The position numbers were made by a program, and so were the translations under genes. A DNA stretch of 64,000 nucleotides, taken from positions 648,032-712,031 of the forward strand of contig CAVTSB010000001.1 in the NCBI GenBank assembly GCA_963737255.1, read 5' to 3'. This document shows positions 28,906 to 37,842 of the stretch, one piece after another (the stretch's first letter is position 1; every line of letters starts with the position of its first letter). The DNA comes from an uncultured Bacteroidales bacterium (lineage in GTDB: Bacteria; Bacteroidota; Bacteroidia; Bacteroidales; VadinHA17). A model generated the notes under the pieces. That model was not told the origin of the DNA. It searched no databases and was given only the letters and a program-made list of their open reading frames with translations.

Positions 28906-30444
28906 ATGAAGAAGTTTCTGCTATGGTTCACTCCCGGCCTGATCGTCGGAGTTATAATTATTCTGGGTGCGGGTAAGGTAATAACATCTACGTCAACCAA
29001 CGATTATTGCGTTTCGTGTCATATTCACCCGATGGCTGATGCCGAATGGAAAAAATCGGTTCATTATGAAACCGAATCAGGATACCGGGTGGCATGCGTT
29101 GAATGTCATCTTCCACCCAAAGGTGACGGATACCTGTGGGCAAAGGGTACTACCGGCTTACGCGATCTCTGGAGCTTCTGGACGAAGGATTCCGCCTCTT
29201 TCGACTGGGTTGAACGAGGCAGGCTGGAAATCGCACGGGGGCATGTTTACGAAAGCAGCTGCATAAAGTGCCATGAGAACCTTTTCCCCCCGGCCCTTAC
29301 CAAAGAAGGGGAGGATGCACACCTTTATTATACACAGCAGGAAAAAACACCTGATCTCCATTGCATAAACTGCCATCTGAACGCTGGCCATTACATAGAA
29401 GGCTATACACATGGAAGCAACACCACTTTCGGGGCTACTTCGTCGGCTCCCAGGGAGATCTATTCAGTCCCTACGCCTGTCAATGCTTTTGAAAACTATG
29501 TGGAGAAAATACCGGCATCATCAATTTCTTTTAATATGGTCGCAATTCCCGGGGGTACCTTTAAAATGGGAAGTCCGGCTGACGAGCCATTCAGGAAGGA
29601 AAATGAAGGTCCTGTCAGGGAAGTTGAGCTGAGTCCCTTCTTCATGGCTGAAGTTGAAGTAACATGGGATGAGTACCTGGCTTTCTATGTTCAGACAGCT
29701 GCAGAGGGCCGCACTACTGACACTGAAGGGTTGAGGAACCAGCAGGCATCGTCTGAGGATGTTGACGCCATTTCAGGAGCCACACCGCCATACGGACAGC
29801 CCGACCAGGGATGGGGATTGGGACAGAGGCCGGCAATTTCATTCTCATTTCATGCGGCAGAAACATATTGCAGGTGGTTATCGCAGGTTACAGGCAAGAC
29901 CTACAGGCTGCCTACCGAAGCTGAGTGGGAATATGCCTGCAGAGCAGGGTCGGAAGGGCCTTATTTCTTTGACGGCGATCCGAAGAAGTTTGAAAAAAGC
30001 GGGCTGAGGGCCAGACTATCGAAGAATGACACAGCCATAATAAATACCTACGTGGTTTATAAAGAGAACAGCCCTGGCAAGACTCAGACACCTGATTTTG
30101 TCAGGCCCAATCCCTTTGGTTTAAGGAATATGGCAGGTAACGTTGCGGAATTTTGTGCCGACTGGTATCAGGCCGATGCTTATTCACAGTATCCCGATGG
30201 GGTAGTTAAAGATCCTTCAGGGCCGGAAAGCGGGGAGGAGCATGTCGTAAGGGGAGGAACTTTTATCAGTACCGCTGGTGCACTTCGTAGCGCTGCACGC
30301 GACTATACCAGGACAGAAGCCTGGCTCAAAACTGACCCGCAGATGCCCAAAAGCATCTGGTGGTACTCTGATTGCTTTAATGTCGGTTTCAGGGTAGTTT
30401 GCGAATTTGACAGCAAAACAGGGAACGTAACTCCCTCAAACTGA
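28906..30444 (+). CDS. Fusion protein: N-terminal TM anchor plus NapC/NirT-type tetraheme cytochrome c, C-terminal FGE/SUMF1-like domain
   Basis: Four CxxCH motifs (CVSCH, CVECH, CIKCH, CINCH) follow one TM helix. The C-terminal half has FGE-sulfatase-fold signatures (GGTFKMGS, YRLPTEAEWEYACRAG, NVAEFCADWY, VVRGGTF). Confidence 0.8.
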   Translation: MKKFLLWFTPGLIVGVIIILGAGKVITSTSTNDYCVSCHIHPMADAEWKKSVHYETESGYRVACVECHLPPKGDGYLWAKGTTGLRDLWSFWTKDSASFDWVERGRLEIARGHVYESSCIKCHENLFPPALTKEGEDAHLYYTQQEKTPDLHCINCHLNAGHYIEGYTHGSNTTFGATSSAPREIYSVPTPVNAFENYVEKIPASSISFNMVAIPGGTFKMGSPADEPFRKENEGPVREVELSPFFMAEVEVTWDEYLAFYVQTAAEGRTTDTEGLRNQQASSEDVDAISGATPPYGQPDQGWGLGQRPAISFSFHAAETYCRWLSQVTGKTYRLPTEAEWEYACRAGSEGPYFFDGDPKKFEKSGLRARLSKNDTAIINTYVVYKENSPGKTQTPDFVRPNPFGLRNMAGNVAEFCADWYQADAYSQYPDGVVKDPSGPESGEEHVVRGGTFISTAGALRSAARDYTRTEAWLKTDPQMPKSIWWYSDCFNVGFRVVCEFDSKTGNVTPSN

Positions 30445-30772
30445 ACGGGTAACCACAAATGTTGTGACCGTGGCAATAAAATTGCCGTACAGGCTTGTTT
30501 TTACCAAACAAGTTATTTATATTGCATGGCTTTAACATTTTTTAAGAACCCTGAATCTGAATTTTCGAAAAACCTAACCTGAATCTGAGAACTTAAAGAA
30601 AGATAGGCAATAAGGAATGAGACATAATGAGTGTAAGTTTTACACTTACTCTTATAATGTGTTTTTGATTTTCTTTTTTAACTGAACAGAACTGATTACC
30701 CTGAATTGAGAAACAACCAACACAAATCCTAATATCTAACTAATTTTTATTAACCACTAACAGTGTAACAGT

Positions 30773-33700
30773 ATGAAAAAAACTCCTAGCTGCTTTTGGT
30801 CTTACGGACCAAATGTGAGTTTTCGCAGGTTTCTTCTGCCGGCGAAAATTGTAGTTATTCTTCTGTTCTGCAGTCTGGCAATTCCTAACCTTGCCACCGC
30901 TGCAGATTACCCTGCTGTTGAAGATCAGCAGGTCAGGATCACTGGTACTGTGACTGATGCTACAACCGGAGAAGCGATGCCGGGTGTAAACATTCAGGTA
31001 CAGGGAACCAGCATCGGTGCCATCACCGATATTGACGGTAAGTATGCTCTCGAGAATGTTGACCGTGGTGCTACCCTCATTTTTACATTTATCGGTTATG
31101 ATTCACAGCAGGTAGCTCTGAGCGGCCGGGTTGTTGTCGACGTAGCCCTGGTCCAGGAAGTGACCGACCTCGATGAAGTTGTTGTTGTGGGTTATGCAAC
31201 CCAGAAACGTGCAAACGTTGTGGGATCAGTAACATCAATTTCAGGCCAGTCTATTCAGTCCATTCCTTCTGTTTCAGTTTCAACTGCCATAGCAGGTCGT
31301 CTGCCTGGGTCCATTGTTATCCAGGAAACCGGCGAACCGGGCAACCTTGGAGCAAGGATATTGGTACGTGGCCGTTCTACAATATCAAGGAATGATAGGT
31401 ATGCTAACACAGGTCCGCTTGTAATAATTGATGGTGTGCAGGGACGTTCTATGGATGAGATCGATCCGATGGATATAGCATCACTTTCGGTGCTGAAAGA
31501 TGCTTCTGCCGCTATTTACGGAGCATCTGCTGCAAACGGGGTTATTCTGATAACGACCAAAAGTGGCGCTGAAGGAAAACCGAGACTGAACTATCAGTTC
31601 TACCAGGGTTTTATGACTCCGACAGTTGTGCCCGAAACAACTAATGCTGCCGAGTATGCCACTATGCTTTCGGAGTACCAAGATTACCAGGGAAAATCAC
31701 GCACATACACCGATGAGGAAATTGCACTTTTTGCAAGCGGTGATGATCCGTGGGGACACCCGAATACTGATTGGTATGGCGATCTGATAAAGAATTGGAC
31801 AACCACGTACCGGCATAATCTCACGATCGATGGTGGCTCAAAGGGTATGACATACTATGTTTCACTCGGTCTGAAAGGTGACGAGTCATTTTATAAGCAG
31901 TCAACAACCAGTTACAAGCAGTATAATGTTCGCGCAAAGATCAATCTGCCTATCAATAGTTGGTTAAATACCGGGCTTGATATCGCCGGCTTCCTGAATA
32001 ACCGTATATATCCTTATAAGAGTGCGGATGCAATCGTCGGCCAGTCAACCCGTCTGTTGCCAACTCAATGGTCCTTCTGGCCTAATGGTCTGCCCGGACC
32101 TGATATTGAATATGGCGATAACCCTGTTGTCACTTCCACTTTTGCAGGTGGCAAGAACGACCAGAAAACATACAGGATGCAGAGCACTTTCAGCTTTAGC
32201 ATCACTCCTCCTGTTATTAAAGGACTGGCTATTAACGGGGCCTTCAGCTTTGACCTTACAAACTACTATAACAAGGCATTTTACAAGCCATGGACATTGT
32301 ATTTCCCTGACAAGAATGCTCCGATTGATCCTGCTACGGGTTATTACCCGCTGTATCCAAGTCTCAGGGGCCTTTCATCACCTGAGAACAATGAAAGATA
32401 TGACAGGACTATCAACCAGACGGGGAATGTTAACGTCACCTACACAAAGAAGTTTGGTGACCATAACCTAAATATCTATGCCGGTTATGAGCAGTATACA
32501 AATAATTATAACCGCCTTGTCGGCTACCGCAAATACTATATTTCCGATCTTATCCAAACAATGGATGCGGGGTCAGATGCTGAAAAAAACTCTTCAGGTT
32601 ATGCAACAATTTATGCCCGGAAATCATGGATCGGCCGTGCTACATATGACTACAAAGGAAAATACCTTGCTGAAATCCTGTTCCGTCGCGACGGTTCCCT
32701 CAAATTCCCTCCGGAAAGCCGCTGGGGTAACTTCCCGGGATTCCTTGTCGGATGGCGTGCATCTGAAGAAGGATTCTGGAAGGAAAGCCTTCCGTTTATC
32801 AATTACTTCAAGCTGAGGGCATCATATGGAAAAATGGGGATGGACCCCGGAGATCCGTTTCAGTACATGAACAAATTCGGGCTGTCATCCGGAATGGTAT
32901 TCGGAACAGGTACCTCAATTGAAACTACAGTCGGACCTCCTTCAATTGCAAACCCCAACATAACATGGGAGACTCAGACAACAAAGAACGTCGGGTTCGA
33001 TTCGAAATTCCTGAACGACCTCTTCCATCTTAATTTTGAGTACTTCTATAATATCAGGGAAGATATTCTCTTTCCGAGGGATGCAACGGTTCCGGGATTT
33101 TCAGGGCTTTCACTTCCCGATGAAAATATCGCACGTGTTGATAACCAGGGTTTTGAAATTGAACTGGGATTCCATAAAACCCTGGGAAGTGATGTCAGGC
33201 TCGACCTTTCCGCAAATTTCAGCCATAGCCGCAATAAGGTTGTTTTCATGGATGAACCTGAAGTTTTAATGCCATGGCAGGTAAGAGAAGGCCGTCCATA
33301 TGTATTAAATAATGATAACCTGATGTACAAGGCTATCGGCATTTATGCCGATCAGGCAGATCTTGATACCTACGTGCACCTACCTAATGCAAAACCCGGT
33401 GATGTTATATTCGAAGATGTCAGCGGCGACGGTGAGATAACAAATGACGACAGGATATTCCTTGATAAGTTTGATATGCCTGAGAATTACTATGGTATCA
33501 CACTTGATGTCGGGTATAAGGCATTTACACTTACGGTTCTCGTTCAGGGACAGGGTGAATTCTGGAAGCTGAACTATTATGATAACCGTCGTGGTGAAGC
33601 AGGTAATTATTTTAAATGGCATTACGATAACAGGTGGACACCGGATAATATTCACACCGATGTGGCAAGAGCCTATAACCGGGATGACTTATACTGGTCA

Positions 33701-33952
33701 AATGATGTAAGGAGAAGTACTTACTGGTATGACAACTTCGCCTTTGCCCGGTTGAAAAATGTGGTTCTTACCTACAATGTACCGAACAGATTGTACAGGT
33801 CTTTGGGGATACAGAACGCAAATGTATATTTTTCAGGGAACAACCTTGCGCTTCTTTACAGTGCAACAAAAACTTACGATCCGGAAGTAAATCATCCTGG
33901 TGTATACCCTGCTATGAGAACATTTGCTGTAGGAGCTAATATTACATTTTAA
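30773..33952 (+). CDS. susC: SusC/RagA-family TonB-dependent outer-membrane transporter
   Basis: CarboxypepD_reg-like N-domain (ITGTVTDATTGEAMPGVNIQV), plug (VVVGYATQKR) and C-terminal ..GANITF. No STN domain. Confidence 0.9.
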   Translation: MKKTPSCFWSYGPNVSFRRFLLPAKIVVILLFCSLAIPNLATAADYPAVEDQQVRITGTVTDATTGEAMPGVNIQVQGTSIGAITDIDGKYALENVDRGATLIFTFIGYDSQQVALSGRVVVDVALVQEVTDLDEVVVVGYATQKRANVVGSVTSISGQSIQSIPSVSVSTAIAGRLPGSIVIQETGEPGNLGARILVRGRSTISRNDRYANTGPLVIIDGVQGRSMDEIDPMDIASLSVLKDASAAIYGASAANGVILITTKSGAEGKPRLNYQFYQGFMTPTVVPETTNAAEYATMLSEYQDYQGKSRTYTDEEIALFASGDDPWGHPNTDWYGDLIKNWTTTYRHNLTIDGGSKGMTYYVSLGLKGDESFYKQSTTSYKQYNVRAKINLPINSWLNTGLDIAGFLNNRIYPYKSADAIVGQSTRLLPTQWSFWPNGLPGPDIEYGDNPVVTSTFAGGKNDQKTYRMQSTFSFSITPPVIKGLAINGAFSFDLTNYYNKAFYKPWTLYFPDKNAPIDPATGYYPLYPSLRGLSSPENNERYDRTINQTGNVNVTYTKKFGDHNLNIYAGYEQYTNNYNRLVGYRKYYISDLIQTMDAGSDAEKNSSGYATIYARKSWIGRATYDYKGKYLAEILFRRDGSLKFPPESRWGNFPGFLVGWRASEEGFWKESLPFINYFKLRASYGKMGMDPGDPFQYMNKFGLSSGMVFGTGTSIETTVGPPSIANPNITWETQTTKNVGFDSKFLNDLFHLNFEYFYNIREDILFPRDATVPGFSGLSLPDENIARVDNQGFEIELGFHKTLGSDVRLDLSANFSHSRNKVVFMDEPEVLMPWQVREGRPYVLNNDNLMYKAIGIYADQADLDTYVHLPNAKPGDVIFEDVSGDGEITNDDRIFLDKFDMPENYYGITLDVGYKAFTLTVLVQGQGEFWKLNYYDNRRGEAGNYFKWHYDNRWTPDNIHTDVARAYNRDDLYWSNDVRRSTYWYDNFAFARLKNVVLTYNVPNRLYRSLGIQNANVYFSGNNLALLYSATKTYDPEVNHPGVYPAMRTFAVGANITF

Positions 33953-33973
33953 TTAATGCGAAATCTCTGAAAC

Positions 33974-35866
33974 ATGAAAAAAATAACTAGATGTATTTTA
34001 TCGATAGCAGTGCTGCTGTTTTTCGCTACATCATGTACTGATGTGCTGGACCAACAGGCTGTTGACGCTTTCAATCAGGATGTCGTTTTCGCCGACATTA
34101 ATATTGTGAAAGCCTATATTGGGAAATGTTACGACAGGATGGGGGGAAATACCAACAATGGTATTCTGGGCATGCGCGAGGACCTTCTCTCATCTGCTAC
34201 TGATCAGACATTGTGCATCCATCGCCCGGCTAACTACGTCGATCTCAAGGGGACAATGAGTCCCGACCAGCTCGGATTTTATGTCAATACCGGTATGGGA
34301 GGATATCTGAGGTGGACAGATCTGTATGCAAATATTCAGAATCTGAATACCGTTATAGCAGGTATCGATGATGTACCTGTTGTTACAGCCAGTGAGGAGA
34401 CACTTAAAGCCCGGCTGAAAGGTGAGGCTTATTTCATCAGGGCTTTTATGTATTCACAACTGATGTTTGGCCACGGCGGTGTGGTAATCAATAAACAACC
34501 TTTCGGACTTCAGGATGATTTCTCTACACTTGTACGCTCTTCAATAGAAGAAACAAAAGATGCCATCCTGGAGGATATCGATGAGGCAATAACACTTTTA
34601 GCAGGTAAAACAACAGACCAGGGCAGAGCAACTGCTGCGGCTGCCGCTGCACTGAGGTCAAGGGTTCTTCTTTTCTGTGCAAGCAAACTTACCAATGGTG
34701 GTTATGCTGCCCAGGCTACAAATCCTCTTGTTTCATTCCCGGCTGGTTCGCAGACCGCCTTACTTCAGGCTGCCAGAGATGCTGCCAAAGGTGTCATGGA
34801 TGGAACTTATGGAACATTCAGCCTGGCCGGGAGTACGGCCGATCCGGTTCTTCCGTTAACCGAGGCTCAAGTTAAATCATATGCCGAAAACTATCAGAAA
34901 ATCTTCACTCAGAAAGGAGCCTGGAATAGTGAAACAATATGGGGAATTCAGTATCCGATAACAGGAGGTAATAATAACGTATGTAACAGGTGGAACGGAC
35001 CTTGCGGTTATCATAACTGGGGTAACAATAATCCTACTGAACCAGCTGTGAGAAGCTTTGAGATGGCTGATGGAACCGAGTTCAACTGGCTGGCATATAA
35101 CCCGGGTGGAGATCAATTTACTGCACGTACGGCTACTGCCGCAGAGCTCGCCGCAGACCCGCTCAAGAACCCTTTTAACGGCCGTGAACCACGCTTCTAT
35201 GCAATTGTGCTTTATCATGGCGCCCCATGGCAAGCAAGAGGTGACCTGCCAGCATATGCAGAAACCGGACATATTTATAACAACGACGGTACGCTGAAAT
35301 CGAACGGGACCGATTCGAGGCAGGGACTTATTGAGGCCTGGAACGGTACGAAGACAGGTTATTACCTCAAGAAATTCATGGATCCGGAAACTGCCGGACA
35401 ATATTACAATAATACCAATACATGGGTTGAATTCCGTTATGCAGAAATACTGCTGAATTATGCAGAAGCATGTATTGAACTGGCAGTTCTCGGACAAGCA
35501 GCTGATCTGCAGAATGGTCTCGATGCACTCAATATGGTAAGAAACAGGGCAGGATTGCCTGACCGGGTGACTGCTGACCCCCTGGTTGCACGCGATTATT
35601 TACGTCATGAAAGGGCAATTGAATTCTTCGGTGAAGGACATCGTTGGTACGATACACGCCGCTGGATGATCCGTGATATAGTCACAACAAATGTCTATGG
35701 CATGAAGATCAAGCAGTACCTCAATGGCAATATGGAATGGAAGCTCGATATTGAGGACAAGGAAGATGACAGGAGTTGGGCAGGAGATCATTTCTACTGG
35801 CTGGCGATCCCAAGGGCTGAAATTCAAAAAGCTCCACAAACGATCCAAAACCCCGGATTCAACTAG
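33974..35866 (+). CDS. susD: SusD/RagB-family nutrient-binding lipoprotein
   Basis: Lipobox FATSCTD, the RAF.Y..L and EIxLNYAEA motifs, and C-terminal ..IQNPGFN. Confidence 0.9.
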   Translation: MKKITRCILSIAVLLFFATSCTDVLDQQAVDAFNQDVVFADINIVKAYIGKCYDRMGGNTNNGILGMREDLLSSATDQTLCIHRPANYVDLKGTMSPDQLGFYVNTGMGGYLRWTDLYANIQNLNTVIAGIDDVPVVTASEETLKARLKGEAYFIRAFMYSQLMFGHGGVVINKQPFGLQDDFSTLVRSSIEETKDAILEDIDEAITLLAGKTTDQGRATAAAAAALRSRVLLFCASKLTNGGYAAQATNPLVSFPAGSQTALLQAARDAAKGVMDGTYGTFSLAGSTADPVLPLTEAQVKSYAENYQKIFTQKGAWNSETIWGIQYPITGGNNNVCNRWNGPCGYHNWGNNNPTEPAVRSFEMADGTEFNWLAYNPGGDQFTARTATAAELAADPLKNPFNGREPRFYAIVLYHGAPWQARGDLPAYAETGHIYNNDGTLKSNGTDSRQGLIEAWNGTKTGYYLKKFMDPETAGQYYNNTNTWVEFRYAEILLNYAEACIELAVLGQAADLQNGLDALNMVRNRAGLPDRVTADPLVARDYLRHERAIEFFGEGHRWYDTRRWMIRDIVTTNVYGMKIKQYLNGNMEWKLDIEDKEDDRSWAGDHFYWLAIPRAEIQKAPQTIQNPGFN

Positions 35867-35887
35867 AAAATTGAACTGTGAAATAAA

Positions 35888-35917
35888 GGAGGCGCCCATT
35901 TAAGGCGCCTCTTTTTA
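35888..35917 (+). terminator. Rho-independent terminator after susD
   Basis: GGAGGCGCC-CATTTAA-GGCGCCTCT followed by TTTTT. Confidence 0.75.
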
Positions 35918-36048
35918 TGTGCGCCCGGCATGGGCGATAACTACAGGGTGAAAGTCCCGGGTGCAGCTTGACAATAGGAAGAGTTACCCAAAAGCAAGGG
36001 TGTCGGTAGGTTGAATTCGAAGCCAGAATCCTGGTCTGGTCCGAAGGA

Positions 36049-37815
36049 TTACCTGTAAAAAGCATAATACCAGAACGTATTCCCGAATTTCTGACGCAAA
36101 GCCGGTTCGGCGGATTTCAGGTTGTTACCATACTGCTGAAATGTCTGGAGAAACTGATTAAACCTTTGTGCAGTCCGGGGATCCGGACGGAGAGTCCCCT
36201 CATTGGGTAGTGGACCCAGATTCAATGTCTTGTAAGCTTCAGCTGCCTCCTGTATATGAACAGGGATCTTTGTGAATCCGTATTTGCCAAGGCCCTCAAG
36301 CTGAGCAGAGATCCCCATATAATCTTTCTTAAGCAGCATAAAGGCAAGCTTATATTCAAATGCTTTTCTGTTTAAGGAATCGTATGATAGGATCCTTTCT
36401 ACATTAATGTAAGGGTCATCGGTTATAGAAAAGAAATCGTGCTGAATCTTTTCCTTTCTTTTCAAACCAAGCTGCGGATCTGATTCAACGGCTGAATCAT
36501 TGAAAAGCAATTTTTCCCACGCTTTTGCTTCGGTCCTGTAAAAAAGTGTCTTTTTTAATGTTGAAATATATTTGGCGGCTACCTCATAATTGCCATTTAC
36601 TAACTCGGTTTTGATAAGCATTCTCAGATCTTCCGGCGAGAGCCCTTTCATTATCATGTTTTCATACGCCCATCTTTGTGCCTCATTTATCACTCCTATA
36701 GTGTAATAAAAATATCCTCCCCGCCTGAGTATTTCCCCCGACATCTCCCACTTCAGGAAAAGGGTCTGCCCTTCGGGATTTTGCCTGAACTGAAAAAGCT
36801 GATCATTCAGTCTGCCCGTCTCACAAAGTGCAATATTATTCAGGTATATTGTAAGAATGTTATTCGATTTATTTTTTTTGTTGAAATCAATAACTTCATC
36901 GTACTTTCCCTGGCAAAACAACTTTTCAACAATAAAATATTGCCGTGTCTTATTGTCAAAACGGAGGATCGAGACAGTGATGATGGCCATCAATAATACA
37001 ACTGACGGTATGAGTTTCCCAATAATCCCTTTGATCTTAAACCTGTTAAATGAGTGGATCCTTATCCGTGAAATTAACGGCAGGATAATTATCAACCCGG
37101 CGAAGGCCAGAAATAAGCGGGATTGAAAACCTGCCCCGGCATCAGTAAACGGAAAGGTTAAAAGTGTTTCTGCAGACCGGAACAGAACGTATTCTTTGAG
37201 AATAAAAAGAATCAGTAATGCTGTAAGCCAAAGCAACAGGATCATATACCATTCCTTTTTCAGTGAACTTATTGAAAAATGCAGGGAGTACATCAGAATA
37301 AAGACCCATGAAAATCCCCCGGTAATCCAATAAAGAACAGGGAAGATTATAATAGAAGGCCATCCTTTCAGGTATCTGATTGTAAGATAGAATATAGCCA
37401 GCTGGATAAGCAGACCAAGACTGTTGTAAAGCAGGTACTGGTAATTAGTGTGGAAATAGAAGAGTGCAGCGCCAAAGAAGAGTGGGATTACAATTGAATC
37501 ACTGCCCGTCAGAATTCCGGTGATTTTTGAGACCAGGAATACCAGAAGGCAGATGACAGTTCCAACAATTGCCGCTCCGGCTGCAGGATAATAATAAAAT
37601 GATGTCAGAAAGTCTGAAGTGTAAACAAGCAATGATCCGGGCTGATTCAGATGTCCGGCAAGATAATCGCCGGAGAATACAAAAAGAGTCAGTTTTTCCT
37701 GGTAATATGCAGCATAATCCGCAAAGAATGAAAAGAAAATGAAGACTGACGCAAATAATATCAGGTAAGGCAAAAAGCTGAAAAAACTATTGTTTGATTT
37801 CTTAAGCTGATTCAT
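36049..37815 (-). CDS. Polytopic membrane protein (about 9-10 TM) with C-terminal soluble helical/TPR-like domain, possibly DUF6057-like
   Basis: 588 aa. The N-terminal ~300 aa are strongly hydrophobic helices and the C-terminal half is helical-repeat-like. The family name is from memory only. Confidence 0.5.
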   Translation of the reverse strand: MNQLKKSNNSFFSFLPYLILFASVFIFFSFFADYAAYYQEKLTLFVFSGDYLAGHLNQPGSLLVYTSDFLTSFYYYPAAGAAIVGTVICLLVFLVSKITGILTGSDSIVIPLFFGAALFYFHTNYQYLLYNSLGLLIQLAIFYLTIRYLKGWPSIIIFPVLYWITGGFSWVFILMYSLHFSISSLKKEWYMILLLWLTALLILFILKEYVLFRSAETLLTFPFTDAGAGFQSRLFLAFAGLIIILPLISRIRIHSFNRFKIKGIIGKLIPSVVLLMAIITVSILRFDNKTRQYFIVEKLFCQGKYDEVIDFNKKNKSNNILTIYLNNIALCETGRLNDQLFQFRQNPEGQTLFLKWEMSGEILRRGGYFYYTIGVINEAQRWAYENMIMKGLSPEDLRMLIKTELVNGNYEVAAKYISTLKKTLFYRTEAKAWEKLLFNDSAVESDPQLGLKRKEKIQHDFFSITDDPYINVERILSYDSLNRKAFEYKLAFMLLKKDYMGISAQLEGLGKYGFTKIPVHIQEAAEAYKTLNLGPLPNEGTLRPDPRTAQRFNQFLQTFQQYGNNLKSAEPALRQKFGNTFWYYAFYR

Positions 37816-37842
37816 TTTTCTGATAAGAGGATTTAAGGTGCA

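Noticed and set aside
28906-30444. The FGE/C-type-lectin-fold C-terminus as a diversity-generating retroelement (DGR) target.
   Set aside because: There is no reverse transcriptase gene, and no template-repeat copy of the 3' end is visible anywhere in the window.
35921-36048. Possible structured ncRNA in the convergent gap after susD. GGTGAAAGTCCCGGGTGCA resembles the RNase P P4 motif (GAGGAAAGTCCGGGC), and GGTCTGGTCCGAAGGA resembles the SRP RNA domain IV (GGTCAGGTCCGGAAGGAAGCAGC).
   Set aside because: The segment is far too short for RNase P. The SRP-like match lacks the GGAA tetraloop and the conserved GGAAGCAGC 3' strand. I could not build a convincing consensus fold by hand. A covariance-model scan (Rfam/Infernal) would settle it.
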